DNA of 64,000 nt from Thermoanaerobaculia bacterium (GTDB taxonomy: Bacteria; Acidobacteriota; Thermoanaerobaculia; Multivoradales; UBA5704). Within the stretch, counting starts at the first letter, position 1. Every line of letters starts with the position of its first letter. Below, piece after piece: positions 17,870-27,472 of this stretch. The notes beneath the pieces are model-generated. The model searched no databases and had not been told where the DNA came from. It was given only the letters and a program-made list of their open reading frames with translations. The position numbers and the translations under genes were made by a program. The stretch covers positions 554 to 64,553 of the forward strand of contig DATMER010000055.1 of assembly GCA_035556715.1 (NCBI GenBank). Direction: 5' to 3'.

Positions 17870-20608
17870 ATGAAGCGTCTCGCCCTGCTCGCTCTCCTCG
17901 CACTCCTCGCACTCCCGGCGGCCGGGCTGGAGCCGTACCTCGTCAAGGACATCAACCCGGTCGCGAGCCCCGTGGGCTCGGACCCGTCGTCCCCAGTCAC
18001 CTTCGGCGGCGCCGTCCTCTTCTTCGCCAACGACGGGATCTCCGGCCGGGAGCTGTGGCGCAGCGACGGCACGGCCGCGGGCACCTTCCCGCTCAGCGAG
18101 GGCGCCGGGCTCCCGGAGCCGCAGCCGTACCTCGTGACAGAGCGGCTGTACTTCTTCCTGTCTGGCAATCCCATCGGCGGCTCTCCGAGCCTGTGGGTCA
18201 GCGACGGTACGCCCGCCGGCACCTTCCGCCTCACCGATCCCGATGTGTGGGTCGTCGGAAGGGCGCGGGCCTGGGTCGCCAGCCAGGGCGTCCTCTACTT
18301 CACGGCCCGCGACCCGGAGCACGGCGCGGAGCTCTGGCGAACCGACGGCACCCCCGCGGGGACCCGCCTCGTGGCTGACTTCCGGCCGGGACCCGAGGGC
18401 TCGGAGATCAACGAGCTGACGGCGTACCGGGGCCGGGCCTGGTTCGGCGCCGACGACGGACAGCATGGCGGCGCCCTCTGGCGCACCGACGGCAACGCGG
18501 CCGGCACGGTCCTGGTGGTAGATCCGATCCCGTCTTCGGCATCCCATGGCGCTCCGGAGTACATCCGGGTCGTGGGCAAGCGCCTCACCTTCTTCGCGCT
18601 GCCCCCGGGCCGGGGCCGGAGCCGGCAGCTCTGGGCCGGCGACGGGAACGCCAATGGGACCCGGCCGATCACGAACCTGCGCAAGGGGAGCGTCGTCCGG
18701 GAACAGCCCGTCGTCGACGGGAACCGGCTCTACTTCGTGGTGGAGCACAGCGGGAACCAGCAGCTCTGGATCAGCAACGGCACGGGGCGCGGCACGCGGG
18801 CGCTGGCCAGCTTCGAGCAGAATTCCGAGTTCCTGGGGCTCCCCGCGCCACAGGGCCTCCGCGGCCTGTTCGTGTTCCGGGCGTTCGACCGTGCCCATGG
18901 CACCGAGCCCTGGGTCACGGACGGCACCCCGCAGGGCACCCGCCTGCTGCGGGACGTCTGCCCGGGCGAGTGCTCCAGCGTACCGTTCCCGCAGAGCGTG
19001 TTCGCCGGCCGGTTCTACTTCACCGCCGAGGAGGCTGACCACGGCCGCAAGCTCTGGTCCACGGACGGCACCCCGGAAGGCACCCGCCAGGTGAGCAACA
19101 TCGACTTCGAGAATCCCTTCGCGTTCTTCGTCGTAGGCGGCCGGCTCCTCTTCGTGGCCCGGGTCCCCGAGACCGGCTGGGAGATCTGGAGAACCGACGG
19201 GACCGCGCAGGGGACCGTCCCGATCACCGATTTCGAGGATCGGTTCATCTGGGAGGACGGGTTCCACGGGGCCGTCCTAGGCGGGGTGCTCCTGTTCCGC
19301 GGCGAGGACAGTCAGCACGGGGCCGAGCTCTGGCGAACCGACGGCACGGCTGCCGGGACCAGGTTCGTCGAGGACATCAACCAGATCGATGTCGGCGGCT
19401 CCTTCCCCATGGGCCTGCGGCCGCTGGGAGACGAAGTCGTCTTCGCCGCGAACGACGGCGTCCCGGGCTTGTGGAGGAGCGACGGCACGGCCGCCGGGAC
19501 CGTGCGGTTCCGGACGTTCGAACCGGATGAGCTGGACGGCGCGCATCCGAACGGAGCGTTCGCGGAGGCCGGCGGCAAGCTCTTCTACTTCGCCTACGAC
19601 AACACGGAGACCCGCTTCACGCCCTGGCGGACGGACGGCACGGAGGCGGGTACCTTCCGGTTGACCGAGGCGGGCTCGCCGGGCTGCTGCAATACGCGGG
19701 AGATGGAGGCCGTGGGGAGCCTGGTGTTCTTCGACCTCCGGGACGAGGAGCACGGGCTCGAGCCGTGGGTGAGCAACGGCAGCCGGGAGGGGACGCGGCT
19801 GCTCCTGGACGTCATGCCCGGACCGGCCGACTCGGGGCCCCGGGAGCTGACCGCTTTCCAGGGGAAGCTCTACTTCTCGGCCGCCGCTCCCGGCATCGGC
19901 CTCGAGCTCTGGCGGAGCGACGGCACCGAGGCGGGCACGGTGCCCCTGGACCTCCAACCGGGCCCCATCAGCTCGGCGCCGGTCCTCCTCACCGTCCACG
20001 CCGACCGTCTCTGGTTCTTCGCGGACGACGGCGTGCACGGCCGGGAGCTGTGGAGCAGTGACGGCATTGAGACCGGATCGAGGATGGAGGTCGATCTCGC
20101 GCCCGGGTCCGCGGACTCCGGAGCCCTGTTCATGGTCTCGCTCGGCGACCAGCTCATCATCTCCATCCACGGCAGCGGCCTCTGGGTGACGGACGGCACG
20201 CCCGCGGGGACCCGGCGCATCAACGACCGGGAGGTCGAAGCCTTCACCTACGGTGACATCTGGACCATCTTCCAGGGCAGGCTCTACTACGTCGCCACCG
20301 ACGGCACCATCTGGGTGACGGACGGCACCGAGGCCGGAACCGGGAAGCTCCTCGACCGCGACGGCCACGAGATCTTTGCCCCACAGAAGTTCACAGTCCT
20401 GGGCGATCGTCTCATCTTCACCGCCCAGAACATCTTCGGCCTGACGCTGTGGGAATCCGACGGCACGCCGGCGGGCACGTTCCCTGTCGAGCCGGCCAAC
20501 ATCAACCCCCCGCAGGAGCTGATGGGCGCCGGGGACCGGGTCTTCTTCCCGTCCTACGATCCTGCCACCGGCTGGGAGCTCTGGGCGGTGGCGCCGGAGT
20601 CACCGTAG
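17870..20608 (+). CDS. Secreted ELWxxDGT-repeat protein
   Basis: AGGAGG lies upstream of the ATG at 17870, followed by the signal peptide MKRLALLALLALLALPAAG. I counted about 18 repeats of the (E)LW(R/S)(S/T)DGTxxGT motif by eye. Confidence 0.92.
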   Translation: MKRLALLALLALLALPAAGLEPYLVKDINPVASPVGSDPSSPVTFGGAVLFFANDGISGRELWRSDGTAAGTFPLSEGAGLPEPQPYLVTERLYFFLSGNPIGGSPSLWVSDGTPAGTFRLTDPDVWVVGRARAWVASQGVLYFTARDPEHGAELWRTDGTPAGTRLVADFRPGPEGSEINELTAYRGRAWFGADDGQHGGALWRTDGNAAGTVLVVDPIPSSASHGAPEYIRVVGKRLTFFALPPGRGRSRQLWAGDGNANGTRPITNLRKGSVVREQPVVDGNRLYFVVEHSGNQQLWISNGTGRGTRALASFEQNSEFLGLPAPQGLRGLFVFRAFDRAHGTEPWVTDGTPQGTRLLRDVCPGECSSVPFPQSVFAGRFYFTAEEADHGRKLWSTDGTPEGTRQVSNIDFENPFAFFVVGGRLLFVARVPETGWEIWRTDGTAQGTVPITDFEDRFIWEDGFHGAVLGGVLLFRGEDSQHGAELWRTDGTAAGTRFVEDINQIDVGGSFPMGLRPLGDEVVFAANDGVPGLWRSDGTAAGTVRFRTFEPDELDGAHPNGAFAEAGGKLFYFAYDNTETRFTPWRTDGTEAGTFRLTEAGSPGCCNTREMEAVGSLVFFDLRDEEHGLEPWVSNGSREGTRLLLDVMPGPADSGPRELTAFQGKLYFSAAAPGIGLELWRSDGTEAGTVPLDLQPGPISSAPVLLTVHADRLWFFADDGVHGRELWSSDGIETGSRMEVDLAPGSADSGALFMVSLGDQLIISIHGSGLWVTDGTPAGTRRINDREVEAFTYGDIWTIFQGRLYYVATDGTIWVTDGTEAGTGKLLDRDGHEIFAPQKFTVLGDRLIFTAQNIFGLTLWESDGTPAGTFPVEPANINPPQELMGAGDRVFFPSYDPATGWELWAVAPESP

Positions 20609-20629
20609 GCCCTGCATAGGAGGTTCTCC

Positions 20630-21418
20630 ATGGCTGCGGACCCTATCGATCAGATTCTCCAGGAGATGGACGAAATCGTCTCCTGGTGCCTCGCGAACGG
20701 CAGCCGCGCCGGATATTTCGCGGCGCTCTACCGGCGGGTGACGCGGACGGTGCGATCCCGCATCGGCACCGGCTACTTCGACGACGACCAGCGCATGGAG
20801 GTGCTCGACGTCACTTTCGCCACGCGCTACCTGACCGCGTTCCGGCAGTGGCAGGCGGGCGATCCCACGATCTCTGCGTGCTGGAAGGTGGCCTTCGACG
20901 CCGTGCCGGACCCGACCCTGATCATCCTCCAGAACCTGCTCGTGGGCATGAACGCCCATATCGACTACGACCTCGGGATCGCCGCCGCCCAGGTGGCCGG
21001 CACTATGGAGGGGCTGGAGAGCCTCCATGATGACTTCGACAAGATCAACGCCCTGCTCGGCTGCCTGGTGCCCACCGTCTTCACCGAGCTGGGCGATCTC
21101 TCACCCCTGATCCATCTGGCCGAGGAGATCGGCGAGCCGGATGAGGAGAAGCTGGTGGACGATCTGATGAAGGTGGCGCGGGACTTCTCCTGGCTGCTCG
21201 CCAACGAGCTGGTGATCCTCCGCGATGCTCCCGACCTCCAGCAGAAGCTTCTGGTCATGAAGGACAAGGAAGCGAGCTGGCTCGGCACGAAGATCGTCCA
21301 CCCCGGCGGCTCGCTCGAGAAGATCTTCCACGTGATCTGGCTCGCCGAGTCCAAGGAAGTGGTCAAGAACATCGAGGTGCTGGCCGCGCCGGAGATGTTG
21401 CCGGCGAGCTGCGGGTGA
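20630..21418 (+). CDS. Conserved hypothetical protein (DUF5995-like)
   Basis: AGGAGG RBS. The 262-aa helical protein has AGYFAALYRRVT...LLVGMNAHIDYDLGIA, which I recall as DUF5995-like. The family call is tentative. Confidence 0.7.
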   Translation: MAADPIDQILQEMDEIVSWCLANGSRAGYFAALYRRVTRTVRSRIGTGYFDDDQRMEVLDVTFATRYLTAFRQWQAGDPTISACWKVAFDAVPDPTLIILQNLLVGMNAHIDYDLGIAAAQVAGTMEGLESLHDDFDKINALLGCLVPTVFTELGDLSPLIHLAEEIGEPDEEKLVDDLMKVARDFSWLLANELVILRDAPDLQQKLLVMKDKEASWLGTKIVHPGGSLEKIFHVIWLAESKEVVKNIEVLAAPEMLPASCG

Positions 21419-21436
21419 AAGAGCCCTCACCTCGCT

Positions 21437-22027
21437 ATGAATCCCATCACTCATCTTCTGGCGTCGTGGTCTCTTGCTGAAGCTTCGGGTCTCGAGGCGC
21501 GCGACCGCGCAATCGTCGCCTGGGTCGGTCTCTCTCCGGACCTCGACGGCCTGGGGGCCATTCCGGACGTCGTCGCTCGTATCCTCGGCCATGGCGACCC
21601 GGCCTTTTATGGCCGCTATCACCATCTTCTTCTCCATGGATTATTCGGCGCGGTCCTACTGCCGGCCATTACCATGACTCTCGCTCGCCGACGGCTTGCG
21701 GTGTTCTTCTGGGGGGTGGCCGCTGTCCACCTTCACCTCGCCTGTGATCTGGTGGGTTCTCGCGGTCCCGCGCCCGATGACGTCTGGCCCATCCACTACC
21801 TTGCGCCTTTTACGGAAGCGCTCACGTTCTCCTGGTCCGGCCAGTGGCCCCTCAACGCGTGGCAGAACGTCATGTTCACTTTTGTCCTCCTCGCGTTCGC
21901 TTTCGTCCGGGCAGCGACGGTCGCTCACTCGCCCGTCAGCCTCTTCAGCTCCCGCGCCCACCAGGCCTTCGTCATGACGGTCCAGAGCCGCTGGCGCCAG
22001 ATCCAGGGGCGGATCAGCTCGGTCTAA
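21437..22027 (+). CDS. Membrane-bound metal-dependent hydrolase (YdjM/DUF457-like)
   Basis: N-terminus MNPITHLLASWSLAE, His-rich hydrophobic segments (HHLLLHGLFGAVLL, HLHLACD) and a membrane topology typical of the YdjM family. Confidence 0.7.
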   Translation: MNPITHLLASWSLAEASGLEARDRAIVAWVGLSPDLDGLGAIPDVVARILGHGDPAFYGRYHHLLLHGLFGAVLLPAITMTLARRRLAVFFWGVAAVHLHLACDLVGSRGPAPDDVWPIHYLAPFTEALTFSWSGQWPLNAWQNVMFTFVLLAFAFVRAATVAHSPVSLFSSRAHQAFVMTVQSRWRQIQGRISSV

Positions 22028-22148
22028 TCCGCGCCGTCGGGCTCGAAGATGGCTTGAAAGCCATGCTTGCTTGCCGTGTAAGGTTCGTGCCCCGCCCGAG
22101 ACTACCTCTTCAGAACGCGGGCAATCCGGCCCGCAAGGAGGTTCCGAG

Positions 22149-23552
22149 ATGGGTGGTCTCGTGCGCAGTCTTTCTGGCGCTCTGGCTTTCGCGGCGATGC
22201 CCTTGGTTCCCTGTCACATCGAGGGGTTCTCCGAGGAGGTGCTCTGCGGCACGCACCGGGTTTTCGAGGACCGGGCGGCGCGGACGGGCCGGACGATCGA
22301 CCTGAAGGTGGCCGTGGTGCCGGCCCTGCGCCGGGAGGGTGCGCCTGATCCCCTGTTCCTCCTGGCGGGCGGACCGGGACAGGGGGCGACGAAGTACGGG
22401 CCCCTGATCCCCACGGCTTTCAAAGAGGTCCGCAAGACCCGGGACGTCGTGCTCGTGGACCTGCGCGGGACCGGCGGCTCGAACCCGCTCGGCTGTGATC
22501 TCGGGGATCCGCTCACATTCCTGAAGGAGGGAGACATCGACGCCTCGTCCTGCCTCCGGGAGCTGAAGGGCGACCCGCGTTTCTACACCACCGAGCCGGC
22601 CGTGGACGACCTCGACGAGGTCCGCGCCGCTCTCGGCTACGAGCGGATCAATCTGTGGGGCGGCTCCTACGGCACCCGGGCGGCCCTGGTCTATGCGCGG
22701 CGGCATCCCGACCGCGTTCGCACCGTCGTGCTCGACGGCGCCGCCCCTTTTGAGATTGCACTCCCGCTCTACAACGCCTGGGGCGCCCAGAGGGCCATGG
22801 ACCGCCTCCTCGCCGACTGTGCGGCCGAGCCGGAGTGCCGCACCGCGTACCCTCGCCTCCGGGAGGAGCTTGCCGAGGTCTTCGCCCGGCTGGATCAGGG
22901 GCCGGTGCGGACGAGCCTGCATCATCCCCGAAGCGGAAAACCTGTCGAGATATCGATCACCCGGGGCGGCTTCGCATCGGGCTTGAGAGGGATGCTCTAC
23001 ACGCCGGCGCACGCCAGCCTCATCCCCTGGGTCGTCCACTCCGCCAGACAGGGGGACTTCGCGCCCTTCGCGACCCTGACGCTCGAAACGGCTTCGTGGT
23101 CCACCGAGACGATGAGCCTGGGCATGACTCTCTCGGTGCTCTGCTCGGAGGACGTACACCGCATCCGGGACGAGGAGGCGGAGCGCGAGGTCCGCGGCAC
23201 CTTCGCCGGAACCTTCGAGATCGACGCGTGGCGGCGGATGTGCGAGGACTGGCCGCGCGGCCCGGTTCCCGCCCTGGACAGACGGCTTCTGCGCGTGCCG
23301 GCCCTGATACTCTCGGGCGATCTCGATCCGGTGACTCCTCCGCGCTGGGGCGAGGCCATGAAGAAACATTTTCCCGGCGCCCTGCACGTGGTGGTTCCCG
23401 GCACCGCGCACAACACGTCCACGACCGGCTGCGTGCCGGACCTGATCGCCCGGTTCGTGGACCAGGGCGGAGCCGGAGGGATCGACCCCTCCTGTGTGCG
23501 CAAGGTCCGCCGTCCGCCGTTCGTGATCGATCCTTCCGGCACCGCTCCGTAG
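22149..23552 (+). CDS. Alpha/beta hydrolase (S33 tripeptidyl-aminopeptidase-like)
   Basis: AAGGAGG lies upstream of the ATG at 22149. Motifs are LLAGGPGQGA, the nucleophile elbow LWGGSYGTRAAL and a C-terminal GTAHN. Confidence 0.88.
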   Translation: MGGLVRSLSGALAFAAMPLVPCHIEGFSEEVLCGTHRVFEDRAARTGRTIDLKVAVVPALRREGAPDPLFLLAGGPGQGATKYGPLIPTAFKEVRKTRDVVLVDLRGTGGSNPLGCDLGDPLTFLKEGDIDASSCLRELKGDPRFYTTEPAVDDLDEVRAALGYERINLWGGSYGTRAALVYARRHPDRVRTVVLDGAAPFEIALPLYNAWGAQRAMDRLLADCAAEPECRTAYPRLREELAEVFARLDQGPVRTSLHHPRSGKPVEISITRGGFASGLRGMLYTPAHASLIPWVVHSARQGDFAPFATLTLETASWSTETMSLGMTLSVLCSEDVHRIRDEEAEREVRGTFAGTFEIDAWRRMCEDWPRGPVPALDRRLLRVPALILSGDLDPVTPPRWGEAMKKHFPGALHVVVPGTAHNTSTTGCVPDLIARFVDQGGAGGIDPSCVRKVRRPPFVIDPSGTAP

Positions 23553-23555
23553 GAG

Positions 23556-24260
23556 ATGACGATGATCGAAGCCCAAGGGTTGCAAAAACGTTTCGGTTCG
23601 AAGCTCGCCGTGGAGGATGTTTCGTTCGCGGCGCCTGACGGATGTGTCACGGCCCTGCTCGGCCCGAACGGCGCGGGCAAGACCACCTCTCTTCGCATTC
23701 TCTACGGATTGCTTCGGCCGGACGCGGGAAGAGCGGTAGTGGATGGCGCGCTCGGCGTGCTGCCGGATTCCTCGGGCCTGTATGCCCGGCTGACGGCCCG
23801 CGAGCACCTGCGCTATGCCGCCCGTCTCCAGGGATTGTCCATGAAGGAGGCGGAAGAGCGGGCCGGCGCGATGATCGATCGGCTCGGCATGCGGGAGATC
23901 GCCGACCGTCCCGCCGCGGGCTTTTCCCAGGGGGAACGGCGCAAGGTGGCGCTCGGCCGGGCTCTGATCCACGATCCTCGCAATGTTGTGCTGGACGAGC
24001 CCACGAACGGGCTCGACGTGCCCGCCACCCGCGCCATGCGCCGCCAGGTGCGCGAGCTGGCTGAGGCCGGAAAGTGCGTGCTCTTCTCCACTCACATCCT
24101 CCAGGAGGTGGCCGCGGTGTGCGACCGGGTGGTGGTCCTCGCCCGCGGACGGGTGGTTGCCGAAGGGACACCATCTGAGCTGCTCGACCGTACAGGCCAG
24201 ACGAACCTGGAAGACGCCTTCGTTCAATTGATCGGTACCGAAGAGGGGCTGGGAGCATGA
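23556..24260 (+). CDS. ABC transporter ATP-binding protein (NatA-like)
   Basis: Walker A LLGPNGAGKTTS, signature FSQGERRKV and Walker B VVLDEPTNGLD. Confidence 0.93.
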   Translation: MTMIEAQGLQKRFGSKLAVEDVSFAAPDGCVTALLGPNGAGKTTSLRILYGLLRPDAGRAVVDGALGVLPDSSGLYARLTAREHLRYAARLQGLSMKEAEERAGAMIDRLGMREIADRPAAGFSQGERRKVALGRALIHDPRNVVLDEPTNGLDVPATRAMRRQVRELAEAGKCVLFSTHILQEVAAVCDRVVVLARGRVVAEGTPSELLDRTGQTNLEDAFVQLIGTEEGLGA

Positions 24261-25435
24261 CATCGAAAACCCTTGCTGTCTTCACCAAGGAAGCTCTCGA
24301 CGCGGCGCGCGATCGCCGGTCTCTCAGCTCGGCGTTGATCTATTCGCTGTTCGGTCCGCTGGTGCTCGCCCTGGCCCTCGGCGCCCTCGCCCGGAGCACT
24401 TCGGACGACGGACCGTTGCGCCTGACTGTAAGCGGCTCGGAGCACGCGCCGTCGCTCATCCGCTACCTGGAGCAGAACGGGGTCGAGGTGGTCCGTCCGC
24501 CCGCGCCGCCCGCGAGCATTCATTCCGCGGTCCGGTCCGGCGATCTCCTCATGGCGCTGATGATCCCCAAGGACTACACCAAGGATTTCCGGGCCTCAAA
24601 ACCGGCACGGGTCGAGCTGGTGTACGACGCTTCGCGCAGCGACTCCCGCAGCCCGGTGCGGCGAGTCGAGGCGCTCGTCCAGCGCTATGGGACGCAGATC
24701 GCGGGGCTGCGGCTCGCCGCCCGCGGGGTGAGCCCGCAGGTGGCGCAGCCGGTGCGGCTCGCCCAGATCGACCTCTCCACCGCTGCATCGCGGGCGGCGC
24801 TCGCCCTCGGCACGTTGCCGATCTTCCTCCTCATGGCGGCCTTCGTCAGCGCCATGAACATTGCCATCGACACGACCGCGGGCGAGCGCGAGCGGGGGTC
24901 GCTCGAGCCGCTGCTCGTCCACGCGGTGCCGCGGACGGACCTCGTCGCAGGCAAGTGGATGGCAGCCTCGCTGTTCAATCTGCTCGGCATGGCCCTGACG
25001 CTCCTGGTCTCGTTCCTGGTGCTGCGCTGGGACCGGTTGGAGGAGCTGGACGTGCCGGTGGCCCTGAGCCCGGGGGATACGCTGCGCCTGTTCGGGCTCC
25101 TCATCCCCCTGGCCCTGTTCGCGCCGGCCCTCCAGATGCTGATCTCGCTCTTCGCCCGGAGCTTCAAGGAGGCCCAGACCTACCTCTCGCTGCTGATCTT
25201 CGTGCCGGTGATCCCGGGCTTTCTCTTCAGCTTTCAGCGGATCGATCCGGAGCCCTGGATGCGGACGGTACCGGTCCTCGCGGAGCAGGTCCTGATATCC
25301 GACCTGCTGCGCGGCCAGGCGGTCGGCCCGGCCATCCAACTGATCGCTGCGGGAGCGACTCTGCTGGCCGCGGCAATCTGTCTCGCTGTGACAGCCCGGA
25401 TGCTGAGCCATGAGCGGATCGTCCTCGGCCGTTAG
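24257..25435 (+). CDS. ABC-2 permease (NatB-like)
   Basis: ATGA overlap with the ATPase gene. The 392-aa protein has an N-terminal TM segment, a large loop and a C-terminal TM bundle. Confidence 0.88.
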   Translation: MTSKTLAVFTKEALDAARDRRSLSSALIYSLFGPLVLALALGALARSTSDDGPLRLTVSGSEHAPSLIRYLEQNGVEVVRPPAPPASIHSAVRSGDLLMALMIPKDYTKDFRASKPARVELVYDASRSDSRSPVRRVEALVQRYGTQIAGLRLAARGVSPQVAQPVRLAQIDLSTAASRAALALGTLPIFLLMAAFVSAMNIAIDTTAGERERGSLEPLLVHAVPRTDLVAGKWMAASLFNLLGMALTLLVSFLVLRWDRLEELDVPVALSPGDTLRLFGLLIPLALFAPALQMLISLFARSFKEAQTYLSLLIFVPVIPGFLFSFQRIDPEPWMRTVPVLAEQVLISDLLRGQAVGPAIQLIAAGATLLAAAICLAVTARMLSHERIVLGR

Positions 25436-25982
25436 CACCAATCCGGAGGGGGTAGACTCCCTGGACGTGTCCCGAGCCCTGGAAGAGCGCTACGACCGGA
25501 TCCTGCGCGAGCACGGCCCTGCATTGCGGCGAGTGGCCGCGATCTACGAAGCCGATCCCGCGCGCCGGGAGGATCTCTTCCAGGACGTCTGCCTGGCTCT
25601 CTGGCAGGCTCTCCCCCGCTTCCGGGGAGACTGCTCGGAGCGGACGTTTGCCTTTCGAATCGCTCACAACCGCGGTCTCAGCCATGGATGGAAAGCGCGA
25701 GGCACAATGATTCCCGGCACGGCGGCTCTCGAAGAGGCGGAGGAGATCGCCGACCACCGCCACGATCCGGAGAGCGAGCTCTATGAGCGCGACCGGCGCG
25801 AACGGCTGCGCGAGGCGGTCCGCCGTCTGCCTCCCGTGGCACGTCAGGTCGTGGCTCTCAGCCTGGAGGGGCTCAGCCACCGCGAGATCGGCGAGGTGCT
25901 GGGCCTGACCGAGAACAACGTTGCCGTGCGCCTGACCCGGGCGAGAAAGCTCCTGCGGCAGATCCTGGAGACAGGGAAATGA
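25410..25982 (+). CDS. ECF-type RNA polymerase sigma factor
   Basis: Region 2 (EDLFQDVCLALWQALPRFRG...FAFRIAHNR) and region 4 (VVALSLEGLSHREIGEVLGLTENNVAVRLTRARKLL). Confidence 0.9.
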   Translation: MSGSSSAVSTNPEGVDSLDVSRALEERYDRILREHGPALRRVAAIYEADPARREDLFQDVCLALWQALPRFRGDCSERTFAFRIAHNRGLSHGWKARGTMIPGTAALEEAEEIADHRHDPESELYERDRRERLREAVRRLPPVARQVVALSLEGLSHREIGEVLGLTENNVAVRLTRARKLLRQILETGK

Positions 25983-26587
25983 ACGCAATGGATCACGAAT
26001 GGCGCGACCTGATGGCGGACTGGCAGTCCGAACCCGAGGAAGCGGTGTCCTCTCCCCTCTCGGAGGAGACCCGGAAGCGCATCCGGCGCAAGGTGCAGCG
26101 CCATGGCCATTGGATGGTCCTCCTCACTCTCTCCGAGCTGACGGGATGCGCGGCCATGCTCGTCTGGATCTGGAAGGAGTCGCTGGAGCAACCGCGGGCG
26201 ATCGGGACCGTGGGCTTCGTGGGCACAGTCATCCTCATCGTCGTGGCCCTGGCCTTCTCCTTCTGGAACCGGCGCGGCACCTGGAAGCCGGCGACCGAGT
26301 CGACCCGCACCTTCGTCGAGCTCTCCCTGGAGCGGCAGCGCCGCAAGCTCGCGGCCCTGCGCTTCTGCCCCTGGTTCCTGGCCCTGGAGCTCGCCTTCCT
26401 GATCCCCTGGTCCATCTGGGCCCTGGTCTCTCAGCCGTCGGAACCCTGGAGATGGCTCTTCGCCTTCGGCTGGATGGCCGGGATGTCCGCCCTTATGCTG
26501 GCTTGGTGGGCCTGGTACAAGAGGAAGACCCTGCGCGAGATGGCAGAGTGGGAGGAGCTGTGGCGGGGCCTGCACGAATCCGGCTAG
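25979..26587 (+). CDS. Putative anti-sigma factor / membrane protein
   Basis: ATGA overlap with the sigma factor gene. The 202-aa protein has about 4 TM helices. The role is assigned from position only. Confidence 0.6.
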   Translation: MNAMDHEWRDLMADWQSEPEEAVSSPLSEETRKRIRRKVQRHGHWMVLLTLSELTGCAAMLVWIWKESLEQPRAIGTVGFVGTVILIVVALAFSFWNRRGTWKPATESTRTFVELSLERQRRKLAALRFCPWFLALELAFLIPWSIWALVSQPSEPWRWLFAFGWMAGMSALMLAWWAWYKRKTLREMAEWEELWRGLHESG

Positions 26588-26638
26588 ACTCTCCGGTTCG
26601 TGGGGTCACGCCGGCCCCGACGCTCTCCGGAGAGACGC

Positions 26639-27463
26639 ATGGAGTTCCAGGGCACCGAACGCTACTACCTCGACCCCGAGCTCGGGGCGATCGTCAACAT
26701 GGCGCTGGTCATGGAGAAGCCGCTTCTCCTCACGGGCGAGGCCGGCACCGGCAAGACCCAGCTCGGCTTCGAGGTGGCCAAGGCCCTGGGCATGCCCATC
26801 GAGGTCCTGCGCTGCAAGTCGACCATCAAGGGCGAGGAGGCCTGCTACGTCCAGGACACCGTCCTGCGCCTCAACGACGCCCGCTTCGGCACCGCCGCGA
26901 CCGGACGGGACGTCAACGACTTCTTCGACTACGTGATCTGGGGACCGATCGGCCGCGCCTTCCGCAGCGAGGAGCGGGAGGTGCTCCTCCTCGACGAGAT
27001 CGACAAGACCGAGTCGGACGTGCAGGACAACCTGCTCGACGTGCTGGAGGACTGCCAGTTCACGATCCGGGAGGTCAACCAGACCATCCAGGCACGCAAG
27101 CGGCCGTTCATCCTGATCACCTCGAACGCCAAGCGCGAGCTGTCCGACCCGTTCCTGAGGCGCTGCTACTGCCATCACATCGCCTTCCCCACCCCGGAGC
27201 AGATGCGAGAGATCGTCAGGCTCCACTTTCCCGACCTGGAGAAGGGGCTTCTCGACGCCGCCCTGGGCATCTTCTACGAGCTGCGTCAGAAAGGTTTCGA
27301 AAAACCGCCGGCCACGAGCGAGCTGCTCAACTGGCTGGGCGCGCTCCAGCACTCGCGGATCACGCCGGAGCGGCTGAACGTCCCCTTTGTAGGTACGCTC
27401 CTCAAGCGCACCGAGGACATCCTCGCCTATCGCGGCGGGTCCAAGCGGCTCAAGGTGCACTGA
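26639..27463 (+). CDS. MoxR-like AAA+ ATPase
   Basis: Walker A LLLTGEAGTGKTQ, Walker B VLLLDEIDK and the sensor region FILITSNAKRELSDPFLRRC. The ATG at 26639 is preferred over the upstream alternative at 26600. Confidence 0.92.
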   Translation: MEFQGTERYYLDPELGAIVNMALVMEKPLLLTGEAGTGKTQLGFEVAKALGMPIEVLRCKSTIKGEEACYVQDTVLRLNDARFGTAATGRDVNDFFDYVIWGPIGRAFRSEEREVLLLDEIDKTESDVQDNLLDVLEDCQFTIREVNQTIQARKRPFILITSNAKRELSDPFLRRCYCHHIAFPTPEQMREIVRLHFPDLEKGLLDAALGIFYELRQKGFEKPPATSELLNWLGALQHSRITPERLNVPFVGTLLKRTEDILAYRGGSKRLKVH

Positions 27464-27472
27464 GGCGCGCCC

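Noticed and set aside
22040-22062. Short hairpin ATGGCTT-GA-AAGCCAT after the YdjM-like gene, considered as a terminator
   Set aside because: The stem is only 6-7 bp with a minimal loop and no U-tract. That is too weak to report as a feature.
22110-24263. 717-aa ORF on the minus strand
   Set aside because: It runs antisense to three well-supported plus-strand genes (alpha/beta hydrolase and the ABC ATPase/permease). Its translation is Arg/Gly/Pro/Ala-rich with no motifs. This is the typical shadow ORF of a high-GC genome.
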